Notes: generated by a model from the sequence alone, not told the origin. DNA of 64,000 nucleotides from Eledone cirrhosa (GCA_964016885.1 OZ024748.1:39866001-39930000); one strand, 5' to 3'; positions 14,601 to 28,920 are shown, numbered from the stretch's first letter. Program-made: numbers and translations.

Positions 14601-15235
14601 TGTATGTTTGTGGTAGTGTTTGCTGGTTTTTTGCTTTTGTGATGTCTTTTCTTTCTTTTCGAGCGATGGGGTTCTCCCTCGTCTTCACTGGGTGATGGCG
14701 AGATAGCCTCATCTGTTGTATCGTCTGTGTGATTGGAGAGGGGTATGTCTTGGGGAGCTGTTGTGTCTGTATGTGATTTTGCAGTGGTTTTAGGTGGAGT
14801 GGGGTTGGGTGGGACTGTGTTTGTTGTGGTTATTTTTGTGTTTTGGCGTTGTTGTTGTTGTGGTGGTGTTGGTGGTTGTGTTGTTTTGATGGGTGTCGGC
14901 AGAAGAGCCTTTTTTTTATTCATTAATTTAGGACAGGAAGCCCTCAGGTGACCCCTGCTAAAGCAATGGTAACATGAAGGCCACCTACCCTCAACCGAAA
15001 AGTTTATGTAAGTGAGTCCGTCCAGGAGTACACGTTGTGGGATCATAGCTATTCGCTCTGGGCTCATTTGCACCAGAACTTCAATGCTAGTCCCATTGAA
15101 TACATCTCTGGGGGACTTGCCTACTGACAGTATTCTGTCTTCATCAAAATTGATGAAGCCGCACAGTATCCACCATATGTTCACCTTAGGTGTGACACTC
15201 GTGATTTTGATCTTTTGTGTTATTTTTCCCAGCCA
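11700..15235 (-). mobile_element. L1/Tx1-clade non-LTR retrotransposon, decayed (ORF1 fragment, ORF2 RT and C-terminal zinc motif; endonuclease apparently deleted)
   Basis: KSPGLDGLPYEFY, NFRPIILLN, LDQSKAFDRVD, QGCPLS, AYADDV, CPRC..ETVLHAIVHC; ORF1 knuckle CYHCFSRGHLRASC at ~14935-14975; frameshifted. Confidence 0.9.
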
Positions 15236-15264
15236 TGTACTTATACCTATATACATACATATAT

Positions 15265-15333
<69 letters not shown>

Positions 15334-15435
15334 AAAAATGGAGTGGTTCGTTGTGGCACATGAGTTACATATGAATAAAATTCGTCCTTCATCAATGATC
15401 TTCCATTCATTGGTATTTCAGCGATTATATATATA

Positions 15436-15534
<99 letters not shown>

Positions 15535-15647
15535 CGAAGGAAATGTGGTAAGGAACCAGGTGGACCATAACGCACCAAAGTACACAATACTTAGGACTAA
15601 TTTTATTCATATGTAACTCATGTGCGACCACGAATCACTCCATTTTT

Positions 15648-15724
<77 letters not shown>

Positions 15725-16014
15725 ATATATGTATGTATATAGGTATAAGTACATAGGTTGGTGGTGGTGTTGTAAAGTGTGAAATCCCACAAAGGTGTCA
15801 AATCAAATAATACAGACAGTTACATAAATGTAAACGAATAATACATATATATGTGTGTGTGTGTATATGTATATGTATATATTATATTATACGTATTCAT
15901 TACGCACACTAATATATAGGTGTCTGTGTAGGGTATATAAAAACAGGGATAGGTGTGGAACACATTTATTAATACGTTGTAAAAAAGAATCTCTGTAATT
16001 ATGTAATTATTTAG

Positions 16015-18645
16015 ATAGGGTTAGGGTTAGGGTTAGGGTTAGGGTTAGGGTTAGGGTTACAGTTAGGGTTAGAGTTAGAGTTAGGGTTATAGTTATGTTT
16101 AGAGTTAGGGTTAGAGTTAGGGTTACAGTTAGGGTTAGAGTTAGAGTTAGGGTTATAGTTATGTTTAGAGTTAGGGTTAGAGTTAGGGTTTGAGTTAGGG
16201 TTAGAGTTAGATTTAGAGTTAGGTTTAGAGTTAGGTTTAGAGTTAGGGTTAGAGTTAGGGTTAGAGTTAGGGTTAGAGTTAGATTTAGAGTTAGGTTTAG
16301 AGTTAGGGTTTGAGTTAGGGTTAGAGTTAGATTTAAAGTTAGGTTTAGAGTTAGGGTTAGAGTTAGGGTTAGAGTTCGGGTTTGAGTTAGGGTTAGAGTT
16401 AGGTTTAGAATTAGGCTTAGAGTTCGGGTTTGAGTTAGGGTTAGAGTTAGGTTTGGAATTAAGCTTAGAGTTAGAGGTGGGGTGAGAGTTAGAGGTAGGG
16501 TTAGAGTTGGGTTTAGAGTTAGGGCTGGGGTTGTAGTTATGGTTAGATTTAGGGATAGAGTTAAGCTTAGATTTAGCCTTAGAGTTAGAGGTAGGGTTAG
16601 AGTTATGTTTAGTGTTAGGGTTAAGGTTAGGGTTAAGGTTAGGGTTAGAGTTAGCGTTAGGGTTAGAGTTACGGTTAGAGTAAGGGTTAGGGTTAGGGTT
16701 AGGGTTAGGGTTAGGGTTAGGGTTAGAGTTAGGGTTAGAGTTAGCTTTAGAGTTAGGGCTAGGGTTAGTGTTAGGGTTACAGTTACGGTTATAGTTAGGT
16801 TTAGAGTTAGAGGTAGGGTTAGTGTAAGACCAGTTCATAGCTAAGGTTACGTTTAGTATCAGATGGCGTTGATTAGTTAGAAATAGGGTGAGGGTTCATT
16901 AGAGTTAGGGGTTTCATTAGGGTTAGGGTTAGAGTTGGGGTTATAGTCAGAGTTAAGGGTACAGTTAGACGTAGGGTTAGAGTTACGGTTAGTGTTAGGT
17001 ATAGAGTTAGCGATAGAGTTAGGGTTAGAGTTACGGTTAGAGTTTGGGTTAGAGTTAGGGATAGAGTTAGGGTTAGAGGTACGGTTAGAGTTAGGGTTAG
17101 AGTTAGGGTTAGAATTAGGGTTAGAGTTAGGGTTAGAGCTAGGGCTAGAGTTGGGCTTAGGGTTAGAGGTAGGGTTAGAGTTGGGTTTAGAGATAGGGCT
17201 GGGGTTAGAGTTAGGTTTAGACTTAGAGGTAGGGTTAGAGTTATGGTTAGAGTTAGGATTAGAGTTAGGGTTAGAGTTATGTTTAGAGTTTGGGTTAGGG
17301 TTAGGGTTAGGGTTAGGGTTAGAATTAAACTTAAATTTAGAGGTAGGGTTAGAGTTAGGTTCAGAGTTAGGGTTAGATTTAGGGTTAGAGTTAGGTTTAG
17401 ACTTAGAGGTATGGTTAGAGTTATGGTTAGAGGTAGGATTAGAGTTAGGGTTAGAGTTATGTTTAGAGTTCGGGTTAGGGTTATGGTTAGGGTTATATTC
17501 AGAGTTAAGGGTAGAGTTACAGGTAGGGATAGAGTTTGGGTTAGAGTTAGGGTTAGAGTTAGGGTTAGGGTTAGGGTTACAGTTAGGGTTAGAATTAGGG
17601 TTAGAGTTAGGGTTAGGGTTAGAGTTATGGTTAGAATTAGGCTTTGAGTTAGAGGTAGGGTTAGAATTCGGGTTAGAGTTAGGGTTAGGGTTAGAGTTCG
17701 GGTTAGAGTTATGTTTAGAGTTAGAAGTAGTGTTAGGGTTAGGTTTAGAATTAGGGTTAGATTTAGGGTTAGTTTTAGGGTTAGAGTTAGGGTTAGAGTT
17801 AGGGTTACAGTTAGGGTTAGAATTAGGTTTAGAATTATACTTAGAGTTAGAGGTAGGGTTTGAGTTAGGTTTAGAGTTATGGTTAGGGTTAGAGTTAGGG
17901 TTAGAGTTATGTTTAGAGTTAGGGTTAGAGTTAGTGTTAGGGTTAGGGTTAGGGTTAGAATTATGGTTAGAGTTAGGTTTAGAATTATTGTTAGGGTTAG
18001 AGTTAAGGTTAGAGTTAGAGGTAGGGTTAGATTTAAGGTTAGAGTTATGTTTAGAATTAGGCTTTGAGTTAGAGGTAGGGTTAGAGTTAAGGTTAGAGTT
18101 AGGGTTAGGGTTAGAGTTAGGGTTAGAGTTAGGTTTAGTGTTAGGGTTAGAGTTAGGGCTAGAGTTAGAGGTAGGGTTAGATTTAAGGTTAGAGTTATGT
18201 TTAGAATTAGGCTTAGAGTTAGAGGTAGGGTTAGAGTTAGGGTTAGAGTTAGGGTTAGGGTTAGTGTTGGGGTTAGAGTTAGGGTTAGAGTTAGGTTTAG
18301 AGTTAGGGTTAGAGTTAGGGCTAGAGTTAGAGTTAGAGTAAGGTTTAGAATTAGGCTTAGAGTTAGAGGTAGGTTTAGAGTTAGAGGTAGGTTTAGAGTT
18401 AGATTTAGAGTTAGGGTTAGACGTAGGGTTAGAGTTAGGTTTAGAGTTAGAGTTAGGGTTAGGGTTAGAGTTAGGGTTAGGGTTAGGGTTAGGGTTAGGG
18501 TTAGGGTTAGGGTTAGGGTTAGGGTTAGGGTTAGAGTTAGGGTTAGGGTTACAGTTAGGGTTAGAGTTAGGGTTAAAGTTAGGTTTAGAATTAAACTTAA
18601 ATTTAGAGGTAGGGTTAGAGTTAGGTTTAGAGTTAGCGTTAGAGT
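16015..18645 (+). repeat. Degenerate telomere-like array (TTAGGG/TTAGAG)n in two blocks
   Basis: Pure TTAGGG runs at ~16017-16060 and ~18470-18530; short unique spacer at ~16825-16880. Confidence 0.95.
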
Positions 18646-18793
18646 ATACTTATATATACATATATATATACACATATATATACATATACACACACATATA
18701 TACACATATACATATACATATATCTATATGTATCTCTCTCTCTATATATATATATACAAAAGTTTAAGCAAAGAATCGCTGCTTATTACTATA

Positions 18794-18895
<102 letters not shown>

Positions 18896-18896
18896 A

Positions 18897-18957
<61 letters not shown>

Positions 18958-18958
18958 A

Positions 18959-19058
<100 letters not shown>

Positions 19059-19384
19059 TAAAATAACAGATTAAAGTTTAAGCAAAGAATCGCTGCTTTC
19101 ACCTTTAACGGGATCTTCTAAAACTAACAAAGTCAATCTGTAAACGCAGAAGTGGATATTTCAAATTTATTTTAATAAATATTTGCTCTAGTGTTATATA
19201 TTTGATATATACTTATCCTTATCGAGCCCTCTTTGGATTTTAGTCTTCAAATTTATTATTATTACTATATATATATATATATATAGCCTGTTGACCTAAG
19301 TGGCAACGGGAATATTTCAACTTTGAAAAGAAGAATAAAGCTTCGAGGTGTTTTGACTAGTTTAAGTAAACAGGTGAGACATAT

Positions 19385-19410
19385 ATGTCAACGAATCGCT
19401 ATTATATAAG
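19385..19410 (+). CDS. Candidate first coding exon of the tandem tryptophanase-like gene (MSTNRYYI-S)
   Basis: ATG followed by 26 nt ending AAG|GTAAGG, a strong phase-2 donor in non-repetitive sequence. Joined to the acceptor at 36852 it gives MSTNRYYISSDFIEPFKI, a normal N-terminal length for the family. Confidence 0.45.
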
Positions 19411-19519
19411 GTAAGGTGTGAAGTTAACTAACTATTATTAACAATGTAAAAGCAAACGTATCCTGTTCGGTTTGTATCGGCAATAATAATAACTTCTGAT
19501 TTAGGTACAAAATAATGAT

Positions 19520-19890
19520 AGAAATAACAATAAGTTTTACTATAGGCACAAGACCAACAGTATAAGAGGGGGGAGAGGCAATTAAATCGACCCCAGTGTA
19601 TTACTGGTACTTTATTTTATCGACCCTGTAAGGATGAAAGGTAAAGTTAACCTCGGCAGGATTTGAACTCAGGATGTAAAGGGCCGTAACTCTATGTTGA
19701 TGAGCTTTCCGACGCTGTACCAATTCTGTCAGCACAATTGTAGGCACAATGTCAGTAATTTGGTGGAAGGGAAAGTCGATGATTAAATCGACCCAGTGCA
19801 TGACTGGTACTTTATTTTATCGGCCCTGTAAGGATGAAAGGCAAAGTTAACCTTGGCGGGATTTGAACTCAGTTTGTAAAGGACCGTAAA
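19520..19890 (-). mobile_element. Two adjacent tRNA-derived SINE fragments (Nin/Deu-like core)
   Basis: Reverse complement of gagttcaaatcc..gcctttcatccttac.gggtcgataaaataaagtaccagt. Confidence 0.8.
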
Positions 19891-20401
19891 AAATAAGGAT
19901 TTCTTTATTACATTCATTTATTTCGTGGATCGTGGGTTGTCTCCCCTTCCCGCTTCGAGGCGCTATGATACTTCCTCAGCCAAAAACTGCTGGAATTTCA
20001 AATTTGGCAGTCATTCGAGGCGAGAGAGAGTAACTTTACGGACACGATTTTTGACTGCGGTAAGAAATTATTTTCTTATATCAAAGTTTAACGGGCTTCC
20101 ACTGATGATTTATAAGTGCCACCTAAATATATTCGTACATGAATATATATTAGGCTTCTACATAAACTGGAAACATTCTCCCAACTTGTAGAAAACTTAT
20201 AATGAAACAATTGTTTGGAAAGAGATATACTTTAACTTTAATTATATCTCATAAAATAATACAACTGGTTTTTCCACATTATACATATTGTTAGCACCCC
20301 AAACACTTAAATTGGGTTTATATTTAAATATAACCTACTGTTTGTTGAGTGAGATGGTTACCAGTCAGAGTTTAGCTTTAAACTATCTCTGTTATTGTAT
20401 T

Positions 20402-20523
<122 letters not shown>

Positions 20524-21041
20524 ATATTTGGAGAGGGTCATATTTGCGTAATATTGCCAGAATTAATAACAGAACACACTCACTGTTTGGTTGGTTTTCG
20601 CTTCTCGCTGTCTTTTATATATATATATCTGCGATCTAACTTACTCGGTCCTCAATGTTGCCATTGACTGACCGGCGGTCAAAAATAATACAGATACAAT
20701 ATAGACACAAACACATATATATAGTTTACATAATTTACATAAATCTTTCGTTGCACATCTGCAACATCGTCAGTGGTGTTATATTCATTGTTCCTCCTGT
20801 TGTGTTGTATGTCTACGCCATTTTTTTTGTTCAGTCTGTCGATATATTTATTTATTTATTTGCTTGTTTGTTTATCTTATTTTATTTTGTCTTCTTTGCG
20901 CATGCGTTTGCGTGTGTGTATAGTGTTATGTGTGATGTGTGACTAGTGTGTATAGTGTTGTGTCTGCTGGGTGACTAGTGTGTGTTTATGTGCTTGTGTA
21001 TGTATTTGTTTATCTTATTTTATTTAATTTTATTTACTTAT

Positions 21042-23243
21042 TTATACTTCTCTTAGGTCAGTGTTGTTTGTTTGGATGTTGTTGTTGTTCCACTCATTCT
21101 TTCTGTTTAGCTTTGGTCTTCTAATTTCTATTTCACTGGCCTCTATGATTTGCCTATCTGCTGGGTCATTCCTATGTTTAGATATTATTCTAATTTCTAT
21201 GTTGTCTATGTTACCGTCATGTTGTTGTCTAGCATGTTCGTATAGTACTGACCCGTTTTTTCGTCCTTTTAGTTCCCCCCAGTGTTGGTCTATCCTTTCA
21301 CCTATGCTACGAGCTGTCTCACCTATGTATGTTGTTGTCATGTTTCTGCAAGTACCCTCTGTACATCTTATGCTATAGACTACGTTTCTAGTTTTACAGT
21401 TTATCCGGGGGTTCACCTTACATATGATACATTTCCTATTGGTACAGTGGGTTTTCTTAAAAGGGTAGGTTTTGCTGATCAGGGATTTTATGGTGGTTCC
21501 TGGCTTTTCTACCACCTTTATTTTTAAGTGGGTCTTTCTCAGGGCCTTTCTACACTGGTTAGCTAATTTCCCTCCAGGGGTGGCGTCCACAAATATGACA
21601 CTCTGATATCTCTGGTTGTCGTACCATGATGTGGCCTTCCCTATCTTATGTCTAGCCCTATCTAAGCTATTCCATGATTTGCTCCTGTATAGTGGGCAAA
21701 TTCCTTTCATGTCCAGTTCTATGAGGGTCTTATACTTTTCCATGGCTCCTTCGTATACTCTGACTCTGTCTCTTTGGTTGTAGCCAGAGAACTGCATGCG
21801 GTTGATGAAGTGTTGGATGTGTCCTTCCATTTCTGTTGGGTCGCACATTCTGGACACATTCTTCATCACTCGTACCAAATCTGCGATCAGAATATTAAAC
21901 TTAGCACTACTGGACATCGCTGAGTTTTTGAGTATCAGGTATTTGGAGGCCATGGGTTTAGCATAGTGTGAGTGGAGAATTTGGGCTCTCTCGTCTATAG
22001 TGTTAATCCAGAGTTCTGTGTCTAATACAGGTAGTCTATTGTTAGGGTGTTTGGAAGGGAAGTCTATAGTTACAGTTATACTCTGGTGTATGGAATTAGC
22101 TATCTGCTGGATGCTTTCCATCGTGCTACGTTCTAAATCAAACTTGTTAGTGCTCTCTAGTGGGGGTGTTCTTATAACTATATTGATATCGTCTACATAA
22201 CGAGAGTACATGATGAGGTCTATGGAGCTTTCATTAAGGAGATCTTTAAGTCTCCTTTCCCACCATACCATGAAAAGGTTGGCAACATCACCAGCTATGC
22301 TGACGCCGATGGCTGCTCCCTCATTTTGGGTGTAGATTTTCTCATTGAACTTAAATATGTGGCCCTTTAGGGTAGTTTTGATACTAGCCCCTATTGCATG
22401 TGCGACCATTTTTCTTACCTGATCAGTGTTTTGGGGGGTCTGTATAGCTTTGGTCCACCCAATCCACCTTCCTATGGGAGTCTTTTTAGCCATTGAGGTT
22501 ATGGTGGGGGGTCTACCTCTTATAGGTCTACTAGGGCAGAAACATCTAAGGTCATGGCTGTCTAGGTAGTCAGTGTCGTAGGTAAGTCTAAGTAGGAGGC
22601 CCAGTTCGTCTGTGTCGACGTCGCAGAACTCCACCTCACTCTCAATGATCATCTCCACACATCTTTTCACAGCAAAATCAATGTTAATGGATGGGTACAG
22701 TGACACCACATCCATGCTGCCTATTATGCAGTTGGATAGGCTCCTGTTTTTGTTGCACTCACTGATTCTGCTGAGGAGGTCCTCTGTACTTTCACATACA
22801 TCTGGGGACATCTTGATTATGGGGCGTATAACCATTGAGAGGAAGTAGGAGATCCTGTAGTTGCTAGCTATATTAGCTCCGCATACGGGTCTTGTTGGTG
22901 GTCCTGTTGTCGGGTCGTCGACTGTCTTGTGGTCTTTGCGGAGCCCATACAAGGGTGGTATGCCATTGTTAGACGCCTGGAAGTTGTTGGCAGTGCGTCT
23001 GCCTCGCTTTAGGATGTCAGTCGACATCATCATGTGAGCGTTGAGGATTTTTTCTCTCCCATCGTGTCTTAGTTGTGCAACTTCGCTCGTGTTGGTGATG
23101 TGGGGTTGCATTGCCTCGATGTAGTTCGGCATGCTATCTATTGACATCCTACCAGACTTATCTGTGGGTAGACACACTACCTCACCATCCCTTGTGCGCT
23201 GCTTGAGGCTAACCAAGCCTTCTACAGGTTTTATCCCAAGTTG
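21042..23243 (-). mobile_element. Penelope-like element, 5'-truncated, open RT + GIY-YIG frame; pLTR at ~20515-21040
   Basis: PTDKSG, PPLYGLRKDHK, SMDVVSLYPSI, GAAIG, RYVDD, NVVYSIRC..YIGETAR; uninterrupted ORF. Confidence 0.95.
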
Positions 23244-23278
23244 TGTTCTGTTATTAATTCTGGCAATATTACGCAAAT

Positions 23279-26200
23279 ATGACCCTCCCTAAATATAACA
23301 ATATCTGTTTCGACACACGATTTCATATAAAAAACCTCGCAAAACTAATTCATCGCCGCTATGGCATTAGCTTGTGCCAAGCTGAAAGGTTATTGAAAGA
23401 CACTGTTTTCTGTTATATAAAAACTACAATAACAACAGAACAAATCCGCTTCTTAAAACACTGTGTTTCCTCCAAAACATACACAACAAACATATCAAAA
23501 CAAGTAAATAATTTATTATTGAACAAAACACAAGCTGAACGGCTAAAACACACAATAACAGTTAATATGAAAAGAACAACATACACAAAAGTCAACGCAC
23601 TCTACAGACAAAAACGCATCAACGGTAAGGAAATCCGAAATCTCATCACAGCAAACGAGAGAGATGACTTCATGAGCGTCATCCGACGCGAAACGAAATA
23701 TGCTCAAAACGAATGCTGTAGGCATTTCAAGAAGAAATTAGAATGGATGAATAAGAAAAAACTACAAGAAAGGAAAATCGAATATTCTCAAAAATACCCA
23801 GATAACATCGACAACATCCGTATGAGTGATGTAAAACTACCGGAAGAATTTACCAATGACCACACAGTAAATATCTATGGGAACACTTTAATCAGTGAAC
23901 AAGAACAACAAATCCTAAAGTTACCACCAAAATTTGCCATCTACAAAAAGATTAACCCTATGGAATGCAAAACGGAGCTGGAAAAGTGTTTCACAAAAAT
24001 ACGTTGGAATGCAAAGGTAAACAACAACAACAATAATAACGGTAGTAGTAATATAAACAATAACTCTGGGTATAGAAATAACAGCCATAACAATGGCAGG
24101 AAAGTGAGAAATAGTGATAATGGCAATAATACTAGCGATAGACAGAACAACAACAACCACAATAATAATAATAATAGAAACGTTAACCACAGACACAGCA
24201 ACAGTGACCACAGTAGTAATAACGGTAACAATACGAACAACAACAACAACAATAACCACAGTGGTAATAATGGAAATAGTACATGTAGCAACATCAACAA
24301 AAGCAAGAAACATAATAATAGTAACAACCACAATGGTAGAAATAGCAGTAACAACAACAACAATAACGGTGAAGTAAACAACAATACATCTAGCAATCAT
24401 AACAATAATAATATTAATGCTAATGATAGAAACAACAACAACCACCATGATAACAATAATAGCAACACACACAACTATGACGATAGAAATAACGACAACC
24501 CCTTAGAGAAACTATTTTTCAACCCAGCTGACAAAACATATAAGATGGGTAATATCTATCCTACGAGGTTACCCTTTAATAAAAGAGTTTGCATACCACA
24601 GCAAATAGATGACGAGACGGAGGCACAGTTCACCATAGCTAGAAATAAGATTAGACAAGTAGTAGACAGGTACACTATGAGACAGAGCAGACCAGAGGCC
24701 CAACAACTTGGGATAAAAGTATGCGGAGCTAATATAGCTAGCAACTACAGGATCTCCTACTTCCTCTCAATGGTTATACGCCCCATAATCAAGATGTCCC
24801 CAGATGTATGTGAAAGTACAGAGGACCTCCTCAGCAGAATCAGTGAGTGCAACAAAAACAGGAGCCTATCCAACTGCATAATAGGCAGCATGGATGTGGT
24901 GTCACTGTACCCATCCATTAACATTGATTTTGCTGTGAAAAGATGTGTGGAGATGATCATTGAGAGTGAGGTGGAGTTCTGCGACGTCGACACAGACGAA
25001 CTGGGCCTCCTACTTAGACTTACCTACGACACTGACTACCTAGACAGCCATGACCTTAGATGTTTCTGCCCTAGTAGACCTATAAGAGGTAGACCCCCCA
25101 CCATAACCTCAATGGCTAAAAAGACTCCCATAGGAAGGTGGATTGGGTGGACCAAAGCTATACGGACCCCCCAAAACACTGATCAGGTAAGAAAAATGGT
25201 CGCACATGCAATAGGGGCTAGTATCAAAACTACCCTAAAGGGCCACATATTTAAGTTCAATGAGAAAATCTACACCCAAAATGAGGGAGCAGCCATCGGC
25301 GTCAGCATAGCTGGTGATGTTGCCAACCTTTTCATGGTATGGTGGGAAAGGAGACTTAAAGATCTCCTTAATGAAAGCTCCATAGACCTCATCATGTACT
25401 CTCGTTATGTAGACGATATCAATATAGTTATAAGAACACCCCCACTAGAGAGCACTAACAAGTTTGATTTAGAACGTAGCACGATGGAAAGCATCCAGCA
25501 GATAGCTAATTCCATACACCAGAGTATAACTGTAACTATAGACTTCCCTTCCAAACACCCTAACAATAGACTACCTGTATTAGACACAGAACTCTGGATT
25601 AACACTATAGACGAGAGAGCCCAAATTCTCCACTCACACTATGCTAAACCCATGGCCTCCAAATACCTGATACTCAAAAACTCAGCGATGTCCAGTAGTG
25701 CTAAGTTTAATATTCTGATCGCAGATTTGGTACGAGTGATGAAGAATGTGTCCAGAATGTGCGACCCAACAGAAATGGAAGGACACATCCAACACTTCAT
25801 CAACCGCATGCAGTTCTCTGGCTACAACCAAAGAGACAGAGTCAGAGTATACGAAGGAGCCATGGAAAAGTATAAGACCCTCATAGAACTGGACATGAAA
25901 GGAATTTGCCCACTATACAGGAGCAAATCATGGAATAGCTTAGATAGGGCTAGACATAAGATAGGGAAGGCCACATCATGGTACGACAACCAGAGATATC
26001 AGAGTGTCATATTTGTGGACGCCACCCCTGGAGGGAAATTAGCTAACCAGTGTAGAAAGGCCCTGAGAAAGACCCACTTAAAAATAAAGGTGGTAGAAAA
26101 GCCAGGAACCACCATAAAATCCCTGATCAGCAAAACCTACCCTTTTAAGAAAACCCACTGTACCAATAGGAAATGTATCATATGTAAGGTGAACCCCCGG

Positions 26201-27130
26201 ATAAACTGTAAAACTAGAAACGTAGTCTATAGCATAAGATGTACAGAGGGTACTTGCAGAAACATGACAACAACATACATAGGTGAGACAGCTCGTAGCA
26301 TAGGTGAAAGGATAGACCAACACTGGGGGGAACTAAAAGGACGAAAAAACGGGTCAGTACTATACGAACATGCTAGACAACAACATGACGGTAACATAGA
26401 CAACATAGAAATTAGAATAATATCTAAACATAGGAATGACCCAGCAGATAGGCAAATCATAGAGGCCAGTGAAATAGAAATTAGAAGACCAAAGCTAAAC
26501 AGAAAGAATGAGTGGAACAACAACAACACCCAAACAAACAACACTGACCTAAGAGAAGTATAAATAAGTAAATAAAATTAAATAAAATAAGATAAACAAA
26601 TACATACACAAGCACATAAACACACACTAGTCACCCAGCAGACACAACACTATACACACTAGTCACACATCACACATAACACTATACACACACGCAAACG
26701 CATGCGCAAAGAAGACAAAATAAAATAAGATAAACAAACAAGCAAATAAATAAATAAATATATAGACAGACTGAACAAAAAAAATGGCGTAGACATACAA
26801 CACAACAGGAGGAACAATGAATATAACACCACTGACGATGTTGCAGATGTGCAACGAAAGATTTATGTAAATTATGTAAACTAGATATATGTGTTTGTGT
26901 CTATATTGTATCTGTATTATTTTTGACCGCCGGTCAGTCAATGGCAACATTGAGGACCGAGTAAGTTAGATCGCAGATATATATATATAAAAGACAGCGA
27001 GAAGCGAAAACCAACCAAACAGTGAGTGTGTTCTGTTATTAATTCTGGCAATATTACGCAAATATGACCCTCCCCAAATATAACAATATCTGTTTCGACA
27101 CACGATTTCATATAAAAAACCTCGCAAAAC
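23279..27130 (+). mobile_element. Penelope-like element, 1094-aa ORF (23279-26563) with Asn-rich insert and internal in-frame deletion, followed by pLTR and tail
   Basis: Same RT and GIY-YIG motifs; 27025-27130 repeats the ORF start region, the typical pLTR arrangement. Confidence 0.95.
26827..26870 (+). ncRNA. Hammerhead core in the Penelope pLTR (copies at ~10751 +, ~20740 -, ~31185 -)
   Basis: CTGACGA-T-GTTGCA-GATG-TGCAAC-GAAA-GATT-TA; stem I is weak. Confidence 0.65.
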
Positions 27131-27421
27131 TATATATATATATATATACATATATACATATATATATATGTATATGTCTCTACGTAACATGTACATAAAT
27201 ATGCAATATACAAAGCAAAGAGGGTGTGGTAAGGAACCAGGTGGACCAAAATGCACCAGAGTACTCAATACTTTGGGGAGTAGAGTGGGTAAAAGGAAAA
27301 GAGTCAGGACCCCGACGGCTGAGCTCCGGCCGTTTCAACAGCTAGATCCGAATTCGAATATATATATATTACAAGAACAGATTAAAGTTTAATCTGTTCT
27401 TACAATAAATATTTGCTCTAC

Positions 27422-27531
<110 letters not shown>

Positions 27532-27884
27532 TCTACGGTTCTTATATATTTGATATATATTTATTCTTATCGAGCCCTGTTTGGATTTTAGTCTTCAAAT
27601 TTATTTTTATTACTATATGTAAATATATATATTATAAGCGTAAATATGCAAGAAAAAACGTGTAAAACTGTTAACTTCTGGCCAATTATTTTTTTTTTTG
27701 CTTCTATTTAATCATATTTGTTGAAGTTGTTTACGAAAGGTGGACAGCGTTGTTATTATTCTCTGAAAGTTTCTTTACCATTTCTCATACTTAAACTCGT
27801 TTCACTTTCCAACTTCTCCCGATGAACGTGACCGTCTTACATTCTTCATATGTTTCATCCTTTCATTATGTAAAAGTAAATGAC

Positions 27885-28070
27885 GGTGGATTGGCAGTAT
27901 CGGTAGAGAGTCGGACGCCATGCTTTGCAGCACAGTTACGTCCCTTTATGGTCTGAGTTCAAATCCCGCCGAGGTTAACTTTGCCTTTCATCCTTACGGG
28001 GTCGATAAAATAAAGTACCAGTAATACACTGGGATAATTGCTGGCCTTGTGCCAAAAGTAGAAACAATTA
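27885..28070 (+). mobile_element. tRNA-derived SINE (other copies ~33145-33290, 45260-45450, 51500-51680 -, 56580-56720 -, 63766-63914)
   Basis: A/B-box-like head (GGTGGATTGGCAG..GAGTTCAAATCCC) plus a shared core. Confidence 0.85.
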
Positions 28071-28099
28071 TGTAAAAGTAAAATGTTTAATATATATAT

Positions 28100-28920
28100 A
28101 CTAGCAGAATGGCCCGGCGCTGCTCGGGATTCTAAACTTAGATTGGCATGTTTATCCCTCCTTTCTGAAACAGTTTCGTCGTATGTTCATCAATTGATGC
28201 AGGAGTCCTAATAAAAAGTGAAGTCGCCTTGGGTGAATAGGCAAATAATTTTCCATTAAGATTTTTCAAAAGTATGTAATTGCGTTCCCTCTCTTTTTTG
28301 TTGTTGTTTTTGCTGCTGTCGAGCCTCGTGAAATAAATATGTTTGTTTATATTTTGTTATTGTGTATGAAAAAATATCTGTACACAAATATATAATTATA
28401 TATATATGGATATTAAAATAACAGATTAAAGTTTAAGCAAAGAATCGCTGCTTTCACCCTTAACGGGATCTTCTGAAACTAAAAAGATCAATCTGTGAAC
28501 GCAGAAGTAAATATTTCGAAAAACGTTGCAACCGAAGGAAGACAGGAAGATGATACTTTGGTTTGTGAAGACATTCCCTGGCAATGAACGGGAAAAAACG
28601 AACATAATACGTCAGCAATGAGAGGAATATATATATATATACACACACTATATATACATATATATACACACACACATAGATAGCGAAGTCATGATGTCGT
28701 AATGCAGACAGCAGATATACAGACATATATTATAAGGGCGCGACGTTCAGCGCCTAATGCGGTCTCTAGGGCATTGAAAATTTGAAATATTCTTTGCTCT
28801 AAACACTCACACGACCATAAGTATTACAAGTGTAAAGTTTGAAAACAATCAGCTGGGTGGTTCTCGAGTTTTAGGGAGTCAGACAGACAGACAGACATTC
28901 TCTATTTTAGATATATAGAT
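28100..28920 (-). mobile_element. Non-autonomous Helitron-like element
   Basis: Minus strand ends with hairpin CCCGAGCAGCGCCGGG followed by CTAGT; the other end has TCTATA plus (TCTG)n. Confidence 0.6.

Noticed and set aside
27885-27970. tRNA genes (also 46631 and 57595)
   Set aside because: These are SINE heads with no complete cloverleaf, followed by SINE cores.
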